Source of the DNA: Spirochaetia bacterium
GTDB taxonomy: Bacteria; Spirochaetota; Spirochaetia; PWKH01
Assembly (NCBI GenBank): GCA_007116075.1
Contig: SKJE01000011.1
Location: forward strand, 1-48,080
Direction of reading: 5' to 3'
Length of the DNA: 48,080 nucleotides
Position 1 is the first letter of the stretch, and each line of letters opens with the position of its first letter. Positions 35,568-44,829 of this stretch are shown here, piece by piece. The notes below the pieces were generated by a model. It was not told where the DNA came from. It did no database searches and worked only from the letters and a program-made list of their open reading frames with translations. A program made the translations under genes and the position numbers.

Positions 35568-37076
35568 ATGGGAATACATGTTTCTGAACAACGACCGGCG
35601 GGGTATGCATATCTTCTTGAAAAACTCGCGATCGTAGGCATACCAAATTGGCACCGATCGATGGTTTCCACCAAAGGTACACACTCCTCAAAGATACAGG
35701 GGAGTTTTGTTGATGAAGTGTTCAGATCCCAATATTGGCCCGGAGAAACGGTCGGCGACCACCTAGAGTTTGCGCTGAAATATGATGGGGTGAATCTGGC
35801 ATTGCTGGCAAAAATCTTCGAAAAGGTATCTCCTGAGGCACTCGCCGAGTATATAAGATCAAAACCAACTGGGAAATATGCTCGAAGGATTTGGTTTTTC
35901 TATGAGTTTCTGACCGAAAAGCAGCTGCCTGTCAACGATATGACCACCGGCAACTATGTCGATGCCTTGGAAGCTAAAGATTATTATACCGTCCGGAACG
36001 GAGAAAGATCTTCGCGCCAACGCATTGTGAACAATCTTCTTGGCCCCCGATCCTTTTGTCCTGTCGTCAGGAGAACCGAGAGGCTTTCAAAACTGAATAC
36101 CACAGCCTTGCAGCAGAGGTGTGAGGAAATTGTTGCTTCCTATCCCCCACAGCTGCTTCGCCGGGCACTGAGTTACCTCTACAAGAAAGAGACAAAATCT
36201 TCCTTTGAAATTGAACATATAAAAAGCAATGCTTCCCGGACAGAGAAATTCATTGCATCCCTGGAGCTTGCAGAACAAGAGGACTTTTGTGAAAAGGGCA
36301 GGCTGATTGAGCTGCAGAACCGTATTGTTGACCCGCGATTTGCTGATAGAGACTATCGGGTGAGTCAAAACTATGTTGGTCAGACGGTTACGTATCAGAA
36401 AGAGCTCATCCATTATATCTGCCCAAGACCTGAAGATCTGCCGAGTCTGATGACAGGGTTGCTCGCTTCACATACCAGTATGAAAACAGGTGGGATCTCA
36501 CCTGTTGTCCACGCCGCGGTGATAGCCTATGGGTTTGTGTTTCTGCACCCGTTTGAGGATGGAAACGGACGAATTCATCGATTTTTAATACATAACATCC
36601 TTTCTTTGCAGAAGATGTTGCCACGCGGACTCATGTTTCCCGTTTCAGTTGTCATGCTGAAGCATCCAGAGGATTATGATAGATCGTTGGAAGCTTTCTC
36701 TCGGCCTTTGCTACAGGTTATCGATTATCGGTTGGATGAAATGGGGCGAATGACTGTCGAGCATGAAACCTCAAGCTGGTATTCCTATATGGATATGACA
36801 GCCCAGGCAGAAGCCTTGTCCGAGTTTATTCTTAAAACGATTGAAGAAGAGCTTGTAGAAGAACTCAGCTTTTTGGCCAGCTATGACACTACTAAAAAGG
36901 CGATTCAGGATATTATTGATTTGCCTGACCGTCTCATCGATCTGTTCATCCGGTTATGTCTGCAGAGCAATGGCACCCTTTCTGCAAGAAAGAGAGCTGC
37001 ATATTTTGACTTTCTGACAGATGAAGAGCTTGCAGCCATGGAACAGGCAGTGAAAGATAGCTATAAACAGGTATAG
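35568..37076 (+). CDS. Fic-family protein (~500 aa)
   Basis: Canonical HPFEDGNGRIHR; SFEIEH resembles the (S/T)xxxE inhibitory helix; GAGGT RBS. Confidence 0.92.
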   Translation: MGIHVSEQRPAGYAYLLEKLAIVGIPNWHRSMVSTKGTHSSKIQGSFVDEVFRSQYWPGETVGDHLEFALKYDGVNLALLAKIFEKVSPEALAEYIRSKPTGKYARRIWFFYEFLTEKQLPVNDMTTGNYVDALEAKDYYTVRNGERSSRQRIVNNLLGPRSFCPVVRRTERLSKLNTTALQQRCEEIVASYPPQLLRRALSYLYKKETKSSFEIEHIKSNASRTEKFIASLELAEQEDFCEKGRLIELQNRIVDPRFADRDYRVSQNYVGQTVTYQKELIHYICPRPEDLPSLMTGLLASHTSMKTGGISPVVHAAVIAYGFVFLHPFEDGNGRIHRFLIHNILSLQKMLPRGLMFPVSVVMLKHPEDYDRSLEAFSRPLLQVIDYRLDEMGRMTVEHETSSWYSYMDMTAQAEALSEFILKTIEEELVEELSFLASYDTTKKAIQDIIDLPDRLIDLFIRLCLQSNGTLSARKRAAYFDFLTDEELAAMEQAVKDSYKQV

Positions 37077-37267
37077 GTGTCATAGGTATGGCTTCCCCCA
37101 TACGTGGAGTAGAGACTGGTAGGATCCGACTCTACGGTTCTCGGCTTGAGGTATACCGAGAAAAATAGATTGACAGCTGAAATGAGTATGACCGCCGTAA
37201 TGAATTCCTTCCCTTTCATACCAAATCCTTTTTTATATCAAGGAGAAAAACGTGTCATTAAAAAAAC

Positions 37268-37293
37268 CTATTCCCTCCAATATTGGGGAATAG
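37268..37293. promoter_or_regulatory. Inverted repeat, candidate operator
   Basis: CTATTCCC-N10-GGGAATAG upstream of the 37340 gene and near a LuxR/NarL regulator. Confidence 0.4.
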
Positions 37294-37339
37294 CTAACCT
37301 CTCATTGAGGATGTACATTAGGGCAGAAGGAGGCCGAAG

Positions 37340-37861
37340 ATGAAAAGAATGATAGCACTCATCTTTTGTGCTGCTGCCGTTTTTTCGGTATTCCCTGAGG
37401 AAATGCCAGGTCCAGTCTCTCTGGGGCTTGTAAGTCAGGATATAGACGGAATTCTTATGAGGCAGTACCAGATCGGCGGGATATGTTCTCTGGACATTAA
37501 CCGGTGGTTTACCCTTTCTGTTCCGGTGATGTATACCTACGACCAGCAGTCTTCTGCATGGATGGTGGAATCATCAGCTCATGGGTCAGTATATCCCGGA
37601 GGAGGGAATATATGGATTGGTACGACGATTCTTCACCATATCATGCTTCATACTCCTGATCTTGAGCATCTCTGGATGCAAGAACTTTCCCTGGGGTATG
37701 TCTTTACTATTGCCTCCCGCTGGCGAATTACTCCCTATATTGTGTTCAGGGATCCCTTTCGTCGGTATCAAGAGGAGCTGACACAGCTGCAGGAACACTT
37801 TCCCTCCTATGGAACAGTAGAGCCGGGAATTGCTGTCAGGTGGTACCCGGGGTCATCCTGA
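37340..37861 (+). CDS. Hypothetical exported protein (possible small beta-barrel)
   Basis: Signal peptide MKRMIALIFCAAAVFS; amphipathic beta-like segments with aromatic residues; GGAGG RBS. Confidence 0.55.
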   Translation: MKRMIALIFCAAAVFSVFPEEMPGPVSLGLVSQDIDGILMRQYQIGGICSLDINRWFTLSVPVMYTYDQQSSAWMVESSAHGSVYPGGGNIWIGTTILHHIMLHTPDLEHLWMQELSLGYVFTIASRWRITPYIVFRDPFRRYQEELTQLQEHFPSYGTVEPGIAVRWYPGSS

Positions 37862-37950
37862 AACACTGTGTAACTGGATCTTTAAGACGGTTCTACTCTG
37901 TTATATATGCAAGTACACTGATGCGGGAAAACCAAAACGGAGGCAGTGCT

Positions 37951-38571
37951 ATGAACATCAAGGTAATACTGGCAACGCGCGAAGTGCTCTTTGGTGAGCT
38001 GCTATCAAGTTATTTGGAGCAGTCGGGAATTTCTGTTCTTAACACAGTTCATAATTGTAGTGAGCTGTTGGAGAAAGTTCAAGAACAGGTATGGTCCATT
38101 GATTTGCTATTAATCGATACATATCTTCCTCCTTATGGGGGAAGTGATGTGGCACAAGGAACTCTGCAGCTCAATCCTAAAGTGAAGATACTATTGATGT
38201 CTGGAGATGATGTTTCCACAATTCCGAAGGATAAAAGGATCGGGTATATCTCAAAACACCTAAGCTGCAGTGAAATTCTAGTCTGGATTAGGGAGGCTCT
38301 GCGGGGAAGACGGGTGATTGCTCGACAAATCCCGGAGTTCTGTATGGACTCAGGACCACACTACTGTCCCTCCTCTATTACACCCAGAGAACGTGATGTT
38401 ATTAGCCTGATGGTGCAGGGATTGAATACCAAAGAAATAGCATTTGAATTGAGTATCACCTCAAGTACAGTTGAAACTCATCGCAAGCATATTAGAAAGA
38501 AAACAGGATTCAGCAGCCCCCTCGGACTTGCAAGGTTTGCCCAGAGTTACGGGCTGCTGAACAGGAACTGA
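37951..38571 (+). CDS. NarL/LuxR-family response regulator, orphan, atypical receiver
   Basis: LLIDT, LLMSG, GYISK receiver elements; ITPRERDV...TKEIA...TVETHRKHI LuxR HTH; GGAGG before ATG 37951. Confidence 0.88.
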   Translation: MNIKVILATREVLFGELLSSYLEQSGISVLNTVHNCSELLEKVQEQVWSIDLLLIDTYLPPYGGSDVAQGTLQLNPKVKILLMSGDDVSTIPKDKRIGYISKHLSCSEILVWIREALRGRRVIARQIPEFCMDSGPHYCPSSITPRERDVISLMVQGLNTKEIAFELSITSSTVETHRKHIRKKTGFSSPLGLARFAQSYGLLNRN

Positions 38572-38582
38572 AACCGTAGTGG

Positions 38583-38768
38583 CTACTCCACAATTATAGC
38601 TCCTACAGGACACTGATCACCTGCATCCTGAGCAGCCTCTTCAGCTTCTGCAGGAACGGCATCCTTAACTGCTATGGCAATGTCCCCGTTCATAGAAAAA
38701 ACTTCAGGACAAATGTCGACACAGAGTTCACATCCAGTACAGAGATCGGGATCTACATAAGCCTTCAT
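38583..38768 (-). CDS. Monocluster ferredoxin
   Basis: CTGCELCVDICP...QCPVGAI, 61 aa; AGGAGG RBS. Confidence 0.92.
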   Translation of the reverse strand: MKAYVDPDLCTGCELCVDICPEVFSMNGDIAIAVKDAVPAEAEEAAQDAGDQCPVGAIIVE

Positions 38769-38818
38769 AATGTATTCCTCCTAAAAATCAGCTACTTAAC
38801 CATTATACACTCAATTGG

Positions 38819-41560
38819 TCAGTAGGAAACACCTAATTGATTTTCTTGTTCGTCGAAGCCTGTTATCAGTCCAGACAGCGTCAAATTAATAAAGGGAGCA
38901 TAGTCTCCTGTGAAGGTATTCACTGTAATACCTACAGAGGGTCTTATGGAGCCCAGTCCGCTGAGGGAAAACTCGGTGGTAAATTCAGCTCCGGCATAGA
39001 CCGTCTCTTCCCAGAGCAGTGCTTCCTGGGTGACATAGAGGGCGCTCTGGGCAAACAGGGAGAGGCCGAACCCTGTTATCCCCCCGAAGGGGACGGGAAT
39101 ATCTGTCATGGCGATGGGAATCCGGTAGTCCAGGGTTCCCCGCAACTTTGCTCTAGCTTCGGAAACTACACGCCCCCAGTCATCAGTACCCCTGGCGGGG
39201 TAAAGCCGTTCCGTATTTAAGAACCCTTTGATGATTGCTGCCCCGTCGATGGATGTTCTCACCGCCTGGTTTCTCCAGGGCAGCTCACGTTGGATGAGGC
39301 CAGAGGCAAAAGGGAATAGCCCTGTTTCTGCCTGGGAAATAGAGGCCTGGGAACCCACGGTCAAGGCTGCCTGATGGGAACCGAAGAAAGCACCCCTCGG
39401 GGCATGGGAGACCTGCTGCCAGCCGGTTCCCAGGGTTATAATCAGGGAGTCATCTTCCTTGATGCGCCAAAGGGCTGATGAGAAGAGGGATACTCCATAT
39501 GAGCTCTGCAGGTCCCGGTATGAGTAGAGCGGAAGATTGACACTCAATCCGAGCTGGTGGATTCGCTCCCCGCCGAAGAGCTGATTATATCCCCCCTCAA
39601 TAAGCAGGGTTCCCCATTGGTGCTGAAGAAAGTAGTTTGCTGAGAGTGTCGGGCGGGGCTGGTCAAGGAACCATCCTCCCTGTACCTGGAGCTGCTGGGT
39701 TCCCAGGATACCCTGCATCATCAGGAGAGCTCCCGGGGCTATCTTATAATCTCCCTCCACCAATGGCAGGGGAAGCCAGAGACCCATCCGGGGAATATCC
39801 CGGTACCTGGTGCTTTCATAGTGCTCCACTGGAGCGGGAGGAGAATCAAGCTCAAACTGTTCTTGGGGGGTATCTACGAGGCGGGGTTCAAGGAGCTGTA
39901 ACGGGACAGCGTGCAGGGTATAACCACTGCTGCGGTAAGCGCTGAACACCAGCTTGTCGCCTGATGAAATCCCGCCGAGAACTCCCACCGGGTCTTCAAG
40001 CACCAAAAAAGTTTCACCAGTTTGTCGTTTGTATGTATAGAGTCGGTAAGCATCCCCTCTCTGGGCACTATAGAGCAGCGTGTCCTGGTCCAGGTACCTG
40101 GGAGAAAAGAGCCCCTCCGGCTGGTGCGGCCACAGCACCGATACATCACCATCCAGGGATATTTCCACAAGGGAGGCATGTCCCCGGATAGATTCCACCG
40201 CAGCCAGCTTTGAGCCGTCCGGGGAAAATCTCGGTTCATAGATAGACCGATGCGTATGATCATAGAGAATACGTTCTTCTCCAGTTTCAAGGTCAATAAG
40301 AACCATACGGTACCTGCTGCCCACAGGTTCAATTGCTGCAATCATTGTACCTTCAGGATGAAGTACAGGGTGGAGAAGCCGTCGCCCCTGGGTAATTCGG
40401 CTTGATATTCCGTTGACCAGGTCAATAATGAAAAGATCGGCATAGCTGACCGATGCGTTGGAGAACCTTCCCGGATGGGCTGCATCTATCCAGACCAGGG
40501 ACACCGCAGCACGCGTGCCGTCGGGCGTAACATCAAAGGAGAAGATATCCCCTACGGGAGAGCTGTAGATCAGGTCTGCAGAGCCCTGTCCGTCATAGCG
40601 ATAGAATCCCCTGCCCTGCCGGAGATGGGAGGCCCAGCCGATGAGTCCATGATCTGTAGCGACGGGAAGATAATAATTCCCATATCCTTCAGGGGATATC
40701 TGTGTCCCTGACTGCTCAAAGGTTGAGTCCTGATAAAACCCCTTCCGTTCACTGACCATTTCCCGATAGAGGTCTCTGCCGCTGGTGCCGGTGACTCGCC
40801 TTAGTGCTGAGGATATTCCCAGGAAGGGGAAACGGGCATATTCGCTGTTTGCCTTCCTGAATATATCTTCACCGAACCGGTCGATCAGGTATTCGGTGAA
40901 AAGGTATCCTGCAGAGTAGATGCGTCCGGCCGGGGGGAAGGGGCCGGGATAGGCGCTTTGACCGTAGCTCCACATGGAATCCTCAAGCATAGGGGCCTTC
41001 CAGGTCTGCTCGAATCGTGCTTCAGAACCCCTTCCTCCGGGTGCATAGGTGCTCTCAGTATAGGTAGTAATGCCTTCATACCACCATCCGGGCATGAAAA
41101 TGGAGTTCATCATGGTTATATCAGGGCCGAAAACCGGGGCAAGGTATTTCGGCAGGCCTACAGGCGAGGTAAAATGGATGTAGTGGGTCAGTTCATGGAT
41201 AAAAAGCGTACGCAGCCAGTCCTCGGTGACTGAACCGATGAACCGGTCAGAGGGACTTGTAATATACAGTGTGATCGAGTGGGGCAGGGGGCTGTAGTAT
41301 CCGTTTGCAAATGCACTCCTGCTGGTAATTACCACCGGGATGGGTTTCTTCGGTATATGACCCAGGAGGTCTCCCAGGATCTCTACCTCCCGGTCCCCGA
41401 ACCGGGCAAGTTCCTGGGCGTAGTCCCCATCGGTTGGTTCAAATATGATGCGCAGATACTCCGTCCGAATCTCTTCCCTTCCAGTGAAGGGTGAGTCCGC
41501 ATGTAAACCTGCCGCTGCACAGCACAGCAATATGATTACTCCAATGGTCCGTATGCTCAT
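38819..41560 (-). CDS. Exported multidomain protein: HEXXH metallopeptidase-like domain, TolB/PD40-like propeller, beta-rich C-terminus
   Basis: Signal peptide; FIHELTHY...WWYEG; PDGTR, PEGTM, PRFSPDGSKLA repeats; C-terminal amphipathic strands. Confidence 0.72.
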   Translation of the reverse strand: MSIRTIGVIILLCCAAAGLHADSPFTGREEIRTEYLRIIFEPTDGDYAQELARFGDREVEILGDLLGHIPKKPIPVVITSRSAFANGYYSPLPHSITLYITSPSDRFIGSVTEDWLRTLFIHELTHYIHFTSPVGLPKYLAPVFGPDITMMNSIFMPGWWYEGITTYTESTYAPGGRGSEARFEQTWKAPMLEDSMWSYGQSAYPGPFPPAGRIYSAGYLFTEYLIDRFGEDIFRKANSEYARFPFLGISSALRRVTGTSGRDLYREMVSERKGFYQDSTFEQSGTQISPEGYGNYYLPVATDHGLIGWASHLRQGRGFYRYDGQGSADLIYSSPVGDIFSFDVTPDGTRAAVSLVWIDAAHPGRFSNASVSYADLFIIDLVNGISSRITQGRRLLHPVLHPEGTMIAAIEPVGSRYRMVLIDLETGEERILYDHTHRSIYEPRFSPDGSKLAAVESIRGHASLVEISLDGDVSVLWPHQPEGLFSPRYLDQDTLLYSAQRGDAYRLYTYKRQTGETFLVLEDPVGVLGGISSGDKLVFSAYRSSGYTLHAVPLQLLEPRLVDTPQEQFELDSPPAPVEHYESTRYRDIPRMGLWLPLPLVEGDYKIAPGALLMMQGILGTQQLQVQGGWFLDQPRPTLSANYFLQHQWGTLLIEGGYNQLFGGERIHQLGLSVNLPLYSYRDLQSSYGVSLFSSALWRIKEDDSLIITLGTGWQQVSHAPRGAFFGSHQAALTVGSQASISQAETGLFPFASGLIQRELPWRNQAVRTSIDGAAIIKGFLNTERLYPARGTDDWGRVVSEARAKLRGTLDYRIPIAMTDIPVPFGGITGFGLSLFAQSALYVTQEALLWEETVYAGAEFTTEFSLSGLGSIRPSVGITVNTFTGDYAPFINLTLSGLITGFDEQENQLGVSY

Positions 41561-41643
41561 TACCCGCTCCTGCCTGTAAGATAAATCATACTATAGAGGC
41601 TCTATAAGGAGGATGCAATCCCCGGATTATGTAGTTTCTCCTG

Positions 41644-43086
41644 CTAAGAGATCTCCACCACCTTGATCATATTGGTCTTGCCCGGAGAGCCAACCGGGAC
41701 ACCTGCAGTGATAACAATAGTATCTCCCGGCCTGACCAGACCCAGGGACTTCAGATGCTCCGAGGCATAGTCGAGCAGGTCGTCCACGGTGGTGAGATCT
41801 TCCACAAGCAGGGGTGTTACACCCCAAGAAAGTGCAAGACGCTGCACAGTCTGTTGTATCGGGCTGAAGCCGATAATCGGTACTCCCGGGCGGAACTTTG
41901 AGACCAGCCGTGCGGATCCGCCTGAATGGGTGAAGCTGGCAATATAGGATGCCCTGATTGCCAAGGCCAGTTCCCTCGTAGCCAGTCCTACCGCTTCTGT
42001 CATGCTCTTTTTCCTCTTCAGCTCAATATCTTCCCGATTGAGCCGCTGGTCCAGGACAATCCGCTGATATGCTTCACTCTGTTCAGTATGCGAAACGATA
42101 CGGTGCATCATTTCTACAGACTGGAGGGGATAGGTCCCAGCAGCGGTCTCTCCTGAGAGCATCACCGCACTTGTTCCGTCCAGGATCGCGTTGGCTACAT
42201 CCCCCGCCTCAGCCCGGGTGGGCCTGGGATTGCTGATCATTGATTCAAGCATCTGGGTTGCCGTGATGACTGGAACACCGGCAAGGTTGCAGGATCGTAT
42301 GATCCTTTTCTGGATGATCGGCACCTCCTCAGGGGAGGTTTCAACCCCGAGATCTCCCCGGGCAACCATAACGGCACTTGAGGATTCAATGATTTGGTCA
42401 ATATCCTCAACAGCCTCGGGCTTTTCAATTTTTGAAATAATCGGTATCTCTTCATCGAAGGTCTTGAGCATATATGCCCTGAGGGCTTTGACATCCTCAG
42501 CACTGCGTACAAATGAGAGGGCTACATAGTCAAGCTTGTGTTCGAAAGCAAATGAGAGGTCAGCACAGTCCTTCTCGGTAAAGGATGAAAGACGCGAAAG
42601 GGCAATACCCGGGAGATTGACTCCCTTGCGGGGTTTCAGTCTCCCCCCGTCAGTCACCCTGGCGGTGATATGCTCTCCATTGATATCCTCGACAATCAGG
42701 GATATCAGACCGTCATCAATGAGCATTCGGTGTCCCGGGGATATCTCCTCGTGAAGCGTGGGATAGTCAATGCTGAAAAGCTTATGGGTTCCCAGCATCG
42801 GCTTCGTTGATATACTCACCACATCACCCCGCTCCAGGTCATAATAGGGCTCCTTGAGTTCTCCTACCCGGATTTTCGGACCCTGGAGATCCTGGAATAT
42901 TGCAATAGGGGTATCCAGTTCCTCAGAAGCCTTTCTTGCCCAAGTTACCGTGGCGTGGTGCTCATCCCGGTTGCCGTGGCTGAAATTGAGCCTGATAACC
43001 CGGGTCCCTGCTGAGATCATGTCCCTGATAGTCCCATAGCGCCTGGAAGCAGGTCCTATGGTTGCTATGATTTTTGCCTTTGTCAT
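41644..43086 (-). CDS. pyk: Pyruvate kinase
   Basis: KIIATIGPAS, RLNFSHG, DLQGPKIR, SKIE, VMVARGDLG, TQMLESM, MLSGETA. Confidence 0.97.
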   Translation of the reverse strand: MTKAKIIATIGPASRRYGTIRDMISAGTRVIRLNFSHGNRDEHHATVTWARKASEELDTPIAIFQDLQGPKIRVGELKEPYYDLERGDVVSISTKPMLGTHKLFSIDYPTLHEEISPGHRMLIDDGLISLIVEDINGEHITARVTDGGRLKPRKGVNLPGIALSRLSSFTEKDCADLSFAFEHKLDYVALSFVRSAEDVKALRAYMLKTFDEEIPIISKIEKPEAVEDIDQIIESSSAVMVARGDLGVETSPEEVPIIQKRIIRSCNLAGVPVITATQMLESMISNPRPTRAEAGDVANAILDGTSAVMLSGETAAGTYPLQSVEMMHRIVSHTEQSEAYQRIVLDQRLNREDIELKRKKSMTEAVGLATRELALAIRASYIASFTHSGGSARLVSKFRPGVPIIGFSPIQQTVQRLALSWGVTPLLVEDLTTVDDLLDYASEHLKSLGLVRPGDTIVITAGVPVGSPGKTNMIKVVEIS

Positions 43087-43092
43087 ACCAGT

Positions 43093-43121
43093 ATGATACG
43101 ACGAGCTGCTGGTGCAATCAA
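43093..43121 (-). promoter_or_regulatory. Promoter implying a leaderless pyk mRNA
   Basis: Minus strand TTGATT, 17 bp, TATCAT, 6 nt, ATG; no Shine-Dalgarno. Confidence 0.6.
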
Positions 43122-43124
43122 TAT

Positions 43125-44276
43125 CTAAAGGGTCTGGTACAGCGGATTTATGCAGCTATACCAGACCTCCTGGTCCCCCCTCATGTCTGTATCCGGTGTA
43201 GCTGCAAGATAGGTGCGTTGGGTTCTGCGGAAGGCCCTTCCAGCAGTCCTGAAGGCACTCCTTCGCTCCGGACTAAGGGACTCAACCGCACCCTGTATGA
43301 GGGTAACCTTTCTCCCTTTCATGAGGATGAAGTCCAGCTCCACACCGTTCTGGTCACGGTAGCAGAACAGGGACAGACCGGGTTCCCAACGCAGGGACTT
43401 CCATAGTTCCCCGAAGACGATGTGGTTCCATATAAAATGGTAACGGGGATGCTGCTCAAGGGATGTACTGCCGTTTATACCCAGAAGGCTGCAGAGCATT
43501 CCCGGATCATGAAAGTAAAGCTTCGGTGCCTTGATAATCCTTCTGGGAATCAGTCCGGAACAGCTCGGAAGCAGACAGATCACACCGGTACGCTCCAGAG
43601 CCTTGATCCAGGCCTTGACCGTATTGGCGCTGACCTTTGTATGCCGTGCGAGGTGTGCGTAGTTCACCATCTCACCGGCACTCTGGGCGCAGAGACGGAG
43701 AAACCGGTGAAACTCCAGCTCATGTTTCACCTGTACCAATGATCTCAGGTCCCGCTCAATAAAGGTATGCAGATAATCATCAAAGAAGCGGGATATCCTG
43801 GCGTTTGAATCTTCCCAAAGGGCAGGATATCCTCCCCTCCAGCAGTAGGCGGTACGCTGCCGGGAGGAGATCCAGGTTGACCTCAGTTCCTCCGCTGATA
43901 TGGTGGAGAGCCGAATGACCTCCGCTGCAGGTCCGAGCCGGTTCAGTTCCCGCTCCATTTCATTGGTCAGGTAGGTACAGGTAAAAATCCAACGACAGCT
44001 ACCGCGTAGTGAAGCATCAATACCGCCGAGGAGGAAGGGTGCGTACTGGAGGTGATCAAGGATACAGGGTGCCGGCAGCTCCTGAAGAAATTCAGCAGGA
44101 TCTCCGGAAGCCCTGAGCACCACATCGCTGCGGTCCAGGGGGACATGGGTCCAGTTGGGGAACAATCGTCTTGTCAGTTCCCGTTTCCCTGTTCCCCGGG
44201 GACCAACAAGAATGATAACAGGCGTCTGGTCGGCTCGTTCAGAGAGCCGATGCTCTACAGTTCGTTCAATCCACAT
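43125..44276 (-). CDS. AAA_14 + DUF4143-family ATP-binding protein with degenerate motifs
   Basis: GPRGTGK, ILDHLQYAP, GGYP, YLHTFIERD, KAPKLYFHDPG, YRDQNGVELDF; GAGGAG before ATG 44276. Confidence 0.82.
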   Translation of the reverse strand: MWIERTVEHRLSERADQTPVIILVGPRGTGKRELTRRLFPNWTHVPLDRSDVVLRASGDPAEFLQELPAPCILDHLQYAPFLLGGIDASLRGSCRWIFTCTYLTNEMERELNRLGPAAEVIRLSTISAEELRSTWISSRQRTAYCWRGGYPALWEDSNARISRFFDDYLHTFIERDLRSLVQVKHELEFHRFLRLCAQSAGEMVNYAHLARHTKVSANTVKAWIKALERTGVICLLPSCSGLIPRRIIKAPKLYFHDPGMLCSLLGINGSTSLEQHPRYHFIWNHIVFGELWKSLRWEPGLSLFCYRDQNGVELDFILMKGRKVTLIQGAVESLSPERRSAFRTAGRAFRRTQRTYLAATPDTDMRGDQEVWYSCINPLYQTL

Positions 44277-44390
44277 ATCAGATGCTCCTCGACAAATGGC
44301 TGTCTCTTTACTCAGGAAGGACATGACTCCTTCCAGGGTTATTGTGCTGTGTGTATTCTTTTGATTGTGATGAACTTTTTATATTCTGCC

Positions 44391-44669
44391 CTACCAGCGC
44401 AGTGAAAAGGCAGGTTCCCCTTCCTGAAGCTGATCTATCGGGGTGACGACCACCCGGTCAACACGGGCCGAGAGAGGGCCCTTATGTATTGCCTTTGTAA
44501 ATTCCTGCAGAGCTTCCCTGCTTCCCTGTGCTTCAATCTCTACTGTACCATGCACAGTATTGCGTGCCATTCCGGTTATTCCCAACCGATCGGCAATATT
44601 CATGGCAAAAAACCTGAATCCCACCATCTGGACTGAACCGAATACTTCAAGGTGAATTCGACGTAACAC
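44391..44669 (-). CDS. acyP: Acylphosphatase
   Basis: GSVQMVGFR, G.ARN...GTVE, GP.SARV; GTG start after GGAGGAG. Confidence 0.88.
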   Translation of the reverse strand: MLRRIHLEVFGSVQMVGFRFFAMNIADRLGITGMARNTVHGTVEIEAQGSREALQEFTKAIHKGPLSARVDRVVVTPIDQLQEGEPAFSLRW

Positions 44670-44829
44670 TGTCAAACTCCTCCAGCACAGGGTACAACAT
44701 GGAACGTGATTCAGCAAGGTTTTTCATAAGAGGATTAGTCCAGATTGCAGATTGAAGGATAGAATATGGTTTCTAATTGTGCTGAGATGATTTATACTTA
44801 TTTCGGGAGATAGTTGATAACCTATGGAT

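Noticed and set aside
37146-37343. 65-aa ORF between the Fic gene and the exported protein
   Set aside because: TTG start without an RBS; spans an AT-rich promoter-like region; no motif.
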